Virus record (IMG/VR): IMGVR_UViG_2537561692_000011 | DNA length: 5,936 nt | Origin: a virus | Taxonomy: Duplodnaviria > Heunggongvirae > Uroviricota > Caudoviricetes | Direction: 5' to 3' (one strand) | Shown: positions 1 to 5,936 of the stretch, one piece after another | Position numbering within the stretch: position 1 is the stretch's first letter | How the letters are laid out: every line of letters begins with the position of its first letter | Notes under the pieces: model-generated | What the model was told of the DNA's origin: nothing | The model's input: the letters and a program-made list of their open reading frames with translations, nothing else | Database searches by the model: none | Program-made: the position numbers and the translations under genes

Positions 1-1053
1 TGCTGCGCTGGCCTGTTCAGTGGCTTCGCCAGCCTTCGTTGTGGCTGTTGAAGCAGACGATGCGGCACTTTCTGCCGATTTTCCGGCGGCGGTGGCACTG
101 GCTGAGGCCTGCCCGGCACTTGTTGACGCGGCACTGGCAGACGACGCAGCCGCTGTTTTTGAGCCTGCCGCAGCCGAGGCGCTCTGTCCCGCTGCCGTTT
201 CAGAAGACCTGGCGTTTGTCTCAGACGTTTTTGCCGCCTTCGCGGAATTGCCTGCCGCCGTTGCCGAGGAAGCGGCACTACTGGCGCTTGATGATGCGTT
301 CGTTTCTGATGATTTCGCTGCCTCTTTTGAGGCCGCCGCATCCCGGGCTGAGGTGGCAGCTTCTGACGCTTTCGTGGTCGCGGTGGATGCAGAAGTGGCT
401 GCAGATTTTTGTGACGCTGCAGCATTCGTTTCTGACGTTTTCGCCGCACCAGCACTGGTAGCCGCCGCGCTTTTTGAGGACTCTGCAGCGGCAGCACTTT
501 TTGATGCTTCAGTAGCCTTTGTTGATGCCGTTCCTGCGCTGGAAGACGCTGACTGAGCCGACGTCGCGGCCTGCCCGGCTGATGTGCTGGCTGCACGTGC
601 TGAGCCTGTAGCATCAGTCGCATGGGTTGCCGCCTCACGGGCTGATGTGCCGGCATCGCTGGCTGACTTCTTCGCGGCTGCCGTGTTCTGTGCCACCGCG
701 GACGCGTTACGCGCCACCTCTTCCACCATCAGTTCAAAGCGGCGCAGTGCCTCCGGACGGACATCATCCTCCGTCATGGCACCGAGAAAATCATTCAGCG
801 TACCCGGTTGTGAGTCTTCATACACGGTGATGGTCCCGGCATGCGATGGCGGGAAGCCTTCCACCAACAGAATAACGCTGTACTGACCGTACTCAACGTC
901 CATGCTGTAACGCCCGGCTTCATCCGGATTTTCTGAGGCCACCGTGTTCGCCACCACCGTGGTGCTGTTACGTTTTGCTTTCAGCTGGATTGTACAGTTC
1001 TGTACCGGTTTACCTGCACCGTCTTTCAGTACACCTGAAATCTTTACTGCCAT
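1..1053 (-). CDS. stf: Side tail fibre protein Stf, N-terminal 351 codons (partial; gene continues beyond window position 1)
   Basis: ATG at 1053..1051 (plus-strand 'cat'), preceded by the Shine-Dalgarno-like GGGGTGA. I checked every minus-strand codon in this frame from 1053 to 1 and found no stop. Translation begins MAVKISGVLKDGAGKPVQNCTIQLKAKRNSTTVV...GRYSMDVEYGQYSVIL...HAGTITVYEDSQPGTLNDFL, which I recognise as the lambda Stf (orf-401) N-terminus, followed by an Ala/Ser/Thr-rich low-complexity shaft. Not listed in the ORF track because the stop lies outside the window. Confidence 0.85.
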   Translation of the reverse strand, partial: MAVKISGVLKDGAGKPVQNCTIQLKAKRNSTTVVANTVASENPDEAGRYSMDVEYGQYSVILLVEGFPPSHAGTITVYEDSQPGTLNDFLGAMTEDDVRPEALRRFELMVEEVARNASAVAQNTAAAKKSASDAGTSAREAATHATDATGSARAASTSAGQAATSAQSASSSAGTASTKATEASKSAAAAESSKSAAATSAGAAKTSETNAAASQKSAATSASTATTKASEAATSARDAAASKEAAKSSETNASSSASSAASSATAAGNSAKAAKTSETNARSSETAAGQSASAAAGSKTAAASSASAASTSAGQASASATAAGKSAESAASSASTATTKAGEATEQASAA

Positions 1054-1063
1054 ATTCACCCCA

Positions 1064-1091
1064 CAAAAAAGCCCGCCTGAACCGGCGGGCT
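1064..1091 (-). terminator. Rho-independent terminator downstream of lom (minus-strand orientation)
   Basis: Perfect 8-bp stem, 1070-1077 (agcccgcc) pairing with 1084-1091 (ggcgggct), 6-nt loop. On the minus-strand transcript the hairpin is followed directly by a run of six U (complement of aaaaaa at 1064-1069). Lies between the lom stop (1118) and the stf start (1053). No T-run follows on the plus strand, so it is unidirectional. Confidence 0.6.
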
Positions 1092-1117
1092 GTCATAACA
1101 CTGTGTTACCTGGCTAA

Positions 1118-1717
1118 TCAGAACTTATAACCAACACCCACGATGAAACCGTCAGTGCGCCAGTTGCCACTGCCGGAGCCTTCATAAGCGACATCAACGG
1201 CCACGGATTCGGTCGGGTTAAACTGCACGCCAGCCCCCCACGCCAGAGACGTGTTGCTGTGGCGACCGTCATCACTTCCGGTCAGCACATCGTGCTTTTT
1301 CCCCTTGTTGTCAGTTACGCGAAGATAATCCCCGGAGAAAGTCGACACACGGCTGTAAGCCACACCCGCCATCGCATACGCGCTGAACCATTCATTCACG
1401 CGCACAGACGGCCCCGCCATTACGCTGAACCAGCGGTTACGAACGGAATCTTCATGCCAGCGGGTATCGCTGTAGTGCGTTTTTTGCTCATCCTCAGCAT
1501 TGGCATAACTGAAGGACGTAATCAGCCCCAGCGCGTCCGTAAACTCATAACGGTATTTCACGTTAATCCCGTTCAGATTATCGCTGCCGGGAGCGTTCGT
1601 ACGGGCATGAAGATACCCCGCGCTCAGTGTGGACTGATGTTCAGACGCCCATGCAGGCGCACCGGATACGGACAGACAGATGGCTGCGGACAAAATGACT
1701 GCACAAACTTTACGCAT
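1118..1717 (-). CDS. lom: Lom outer-membrane protein (Ail/PagC/OmpX-family 8-stranded beta-barrel; lambdoid lysogenic-conversion 'moron')
   Basis: Complete 199-aa ORF, ATG at 1717..1715, TGA at 1120..1118, RBS GAGAGG about 6 nt upstream. Translation MRKVCAVILSAAICLSVSGAPAWA|SEHQSTLSAGYLHARTNAPGSDNLNGINVKYRYEFTD...WGAGVQFNPTESVAVDVAYEGSGSGNWRTDGFIVGVGYKF is near-collinear with lambda Lom as I recall it. It has a typical signal peptide with an AWA-S cleavage motif and the C-terminal aromatic residue (...YKF) characteristic of outer-membrane beta-barrels. Confidence 0.93.
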   Translation of the reverse strand: MRKVCAVILSAAICLSVSGAPAWASEHQSTLSAGYLHARTNAPGSDNLNGINVKYRYEFTDALGLITSFSYANAEDEQKTHYSDTRWHEDSVRNRWFSVMAGPSVRVNEWFSAYAMAGVAYSRVSTFSGDYLRVTDNKGKKHDVLTGSDDGRHSNTSLAWGAGVQFNPTESVAVDVAYEGSGSGNWRTDGFIVGVGYKF

Positions 1718-1741
1718 AATTACCTCTCGCTTTTCTGCAAT

Positions 1742-1765
1742 AAAAAAGGCGCCATTTCTGGCGCC
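1742..1765 (-). terminator. Rho-independent terminator immediately downstream of J (minus-strand orientation)
   Basis: Palindromic GC stem ggcgcc (1748-1753) / ggcgcc (1760-1765) with loop atttct. On the minus-strand transcript it is followed by UUUUUUAUU (complement of aaaaaa at 1742-1747). Sits about 20 nt after the J stop (1787..1785) and about 25 nt before the lom RBS. Confidence 0.55.
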
Positions 1766-1784
1766 CGTATATGGGTTATAAAAT

Positions 1785-5200
<3,416 letters not shown>

Positions 5201-5222
5201 TCGTCATGCTCCATAAACGATA

Positions 5223-5242
5223 AAACCGCCCGGAGGCGGTTT
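5223..5242 (-). other. Intergenic GC-rich hairpin between I and J
   Basis: Perfect inverted repeat aaaccgcc (5223-5230) / ggcggttt (5235-5242) with 4-nt loop cgga, in the 58-nt I-J spacer. On the minus-strand transcript it is followed by UUUUAUCGUUUAU and then the J RBS (GGAG). Possibly an attenuating or stabilising structure; function unknown. Confidence 0.3.
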
Positions 5243-5260
5243 CACATAAAACATTTTGCA

Positions 5261-5902
5261 TCAGCGACCAATCACCACAACCTGACCACCTCCCCTTCGT
5301 CTGCCGTGCTGATCTCCTGAGAAACCACCGTGACCCCACGCGCATTTCACCGTACAGAACGGCAGAACATTGCCCTGGGCAACCATGTTATCCAGTGAGG
5401 AGAAATAGGTGTTCTGTTTGCCGTTATCTGTACTTGCTGCCGTGGGCGTCCTGGCTTTCGGTGCCAGCATCTGCGCCACCCGCCCAGGATCATACTGGCC
5501 CCTGCCGCATACATGCCCGATACAGCCGCGGCACCCAGCCAGCCCACAGGGTTCCACCATGCCACCGCAATCACGCCGCCCCCAGCACCACCTGAAAACA
5601 CCGCCACTTTTAGCTCCCGCCAGACGCGGCACGATATGGATCACGGCACCATTTGCCAGCGGCTCATTAAGACGGGCAGACAATTCGGTTTCACCTGCAT
5701 CACGCCCGGCAATGCGTACCTGATACCAGCCGTCGCTCAGTTTCTGACGAAACGCCGGGATCTGCATGGCCAGCGCCCGGATGGCTTCGGCCCCCGTTTT
5801 CACACGAAGGTCGATGCGGCGGCCAAATCGTTGCAAATCCCCGTAAAGGCAGATGCGTGCCATGCCCGGTGACGCCAGAGGGAGTGTGTGCGTCGCTGCC
5901 AT
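5261..5902 (-). CDS. I: Tail tip assembly protein I (lambda gpI homologue); full-length ORF is open but contains two internally compensated out-of-frame blocks, so it may be a pseudogene
   Basis: ATG at 5902..5900, TGA at 5263..5261, 213 codons. N-terminus MAATHTLPLASPGMARICLYGDLQRFGRRIDLRVKTGAEAIRALA...GAVIHIVPR.AGAKSGGVF and C-terminus ...GGQVVVIGR match lambda gpI, as does the internal segment VAQMLAPKARTP...TDNGKQNTYFSSLDNMVAQGNVLP. The stretches between (about 5478-5596 and 5292-5359) read as nonsense in this frame (RWCWGRRDCGG..., FCTVKCAWGHGG...). The gpI-like sequence there is found in an alternative frame instead (86-aa ORF 5347..5607: ...VIAVAWWNPVGWLGAAAVSGMYAAGASMILGG...). Confidence 0.75.
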   Translation of the reverse strand: MAATHTLPLASPGMARICLYGDLQRFGRRIDLRVKTGAEAIRALAMQIPAFRQKLSDGWYQVRIAGRDAGETELSARLNEPLANGAVIHIVPRLAGAKSGGVFRWCWGRRDCGGMVEPCGLAGCRGCIGHVCGRGQYDPGRVAQMLAPKARTPTAASTDNGKQNTYFSSLDNMVAQGNVLPFCTVKCAWGHGGFSGDQHGRRRGGGQVVVIGR

Positions 5903-5936
5903 TTGTCGGTATACCTCTCTCGTTTACTCAGTTGTT

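Noticed and set aside
20-556. 178-aa alanine-rich plus-strand ORF (MASPAFVVAVEADDAALSADF...), with overlapping ORF 39..461 and nearby ORF 584..886
   Set aside because: It lies exactly antisense to the Ala/Ser/Thr-rich shaft of stf, whose minus-strand frame is open from 1053 to 1 and matches lambda Stf. Low-complexity GCN-rich coding sequence routinely gives stop-free antisense frames. There is no RBS and no recognisable protein family.
1718-1784. Sigma-70 promoter for lom between the J stop and the lom RBS
   Set aside because: A TATAAC hexamer is present (minus strand, just upstream of the terminator hairpin) but I could find no acceptable -35 element at 16-18 nt spacing, and the terminator sits between it and lom. 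That is insufficient to call a promoter from sequence alone.
5347-5607. 86-aa minus-strand ORF inside gene I, and plus-strand ORFs 5395..5595, 5409..5723 and 5513..5872
   Set aside because: The 86-aa ORF is not a separate gene: it is the original gpI reading frame across the frame-shifted middle block of I. The plus-strand ORFs are antisense to I.
5903-5936. 3' end of the upstream tail gene (K-like) at the right edge
   Set aside because: Only about 30 nt are present, with candidate stops (TGA/TAA) in more than one frame. That is too short to assign a frame or product, so it is mentioned but not called as a feature.

Overview
This window is the distal tail / host-range module of a lambda-like (lambdoid) prophage, with every gene on the minus strand. 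Reading in the direction of transcription (high to low coordinates): tail-tip assembly gene I (5902..5261), host-specificity gene J (5200..1785), an intrinsic terminator, the outer-membrane 'moron' gene lom (1717..1118), a second intrinsic terminator, and the 5' part of the side-tail-fibre gene stf (1053..1, running off the left edge). Gene identities rest on my own recognition of the translated ORFs as close relatives of phage lambda gpI, gpJ, Lom and Stf; no database search was run. lom, the visible part of stf and the last 305 codons of J are intact. The rest of J is broken into at least seven frame-hopping fragments and I carries two internal out-of-frame blocks, in each case through single-nucleotide deletions. 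I cannot tell from sequence alone whether these are genuine pseudogenising mutations or uncorrected indel errors in the assembly. I found no tRNA, rRNA, CRISPR array, IS element or integrase, and no convincing evidence of a novel system; all long plus-strand ORFs are antisense artefacts. The last ~30 nt at the right edge probably hold the 3' end of the upstream tail gene (K-like), but that is too short to call.
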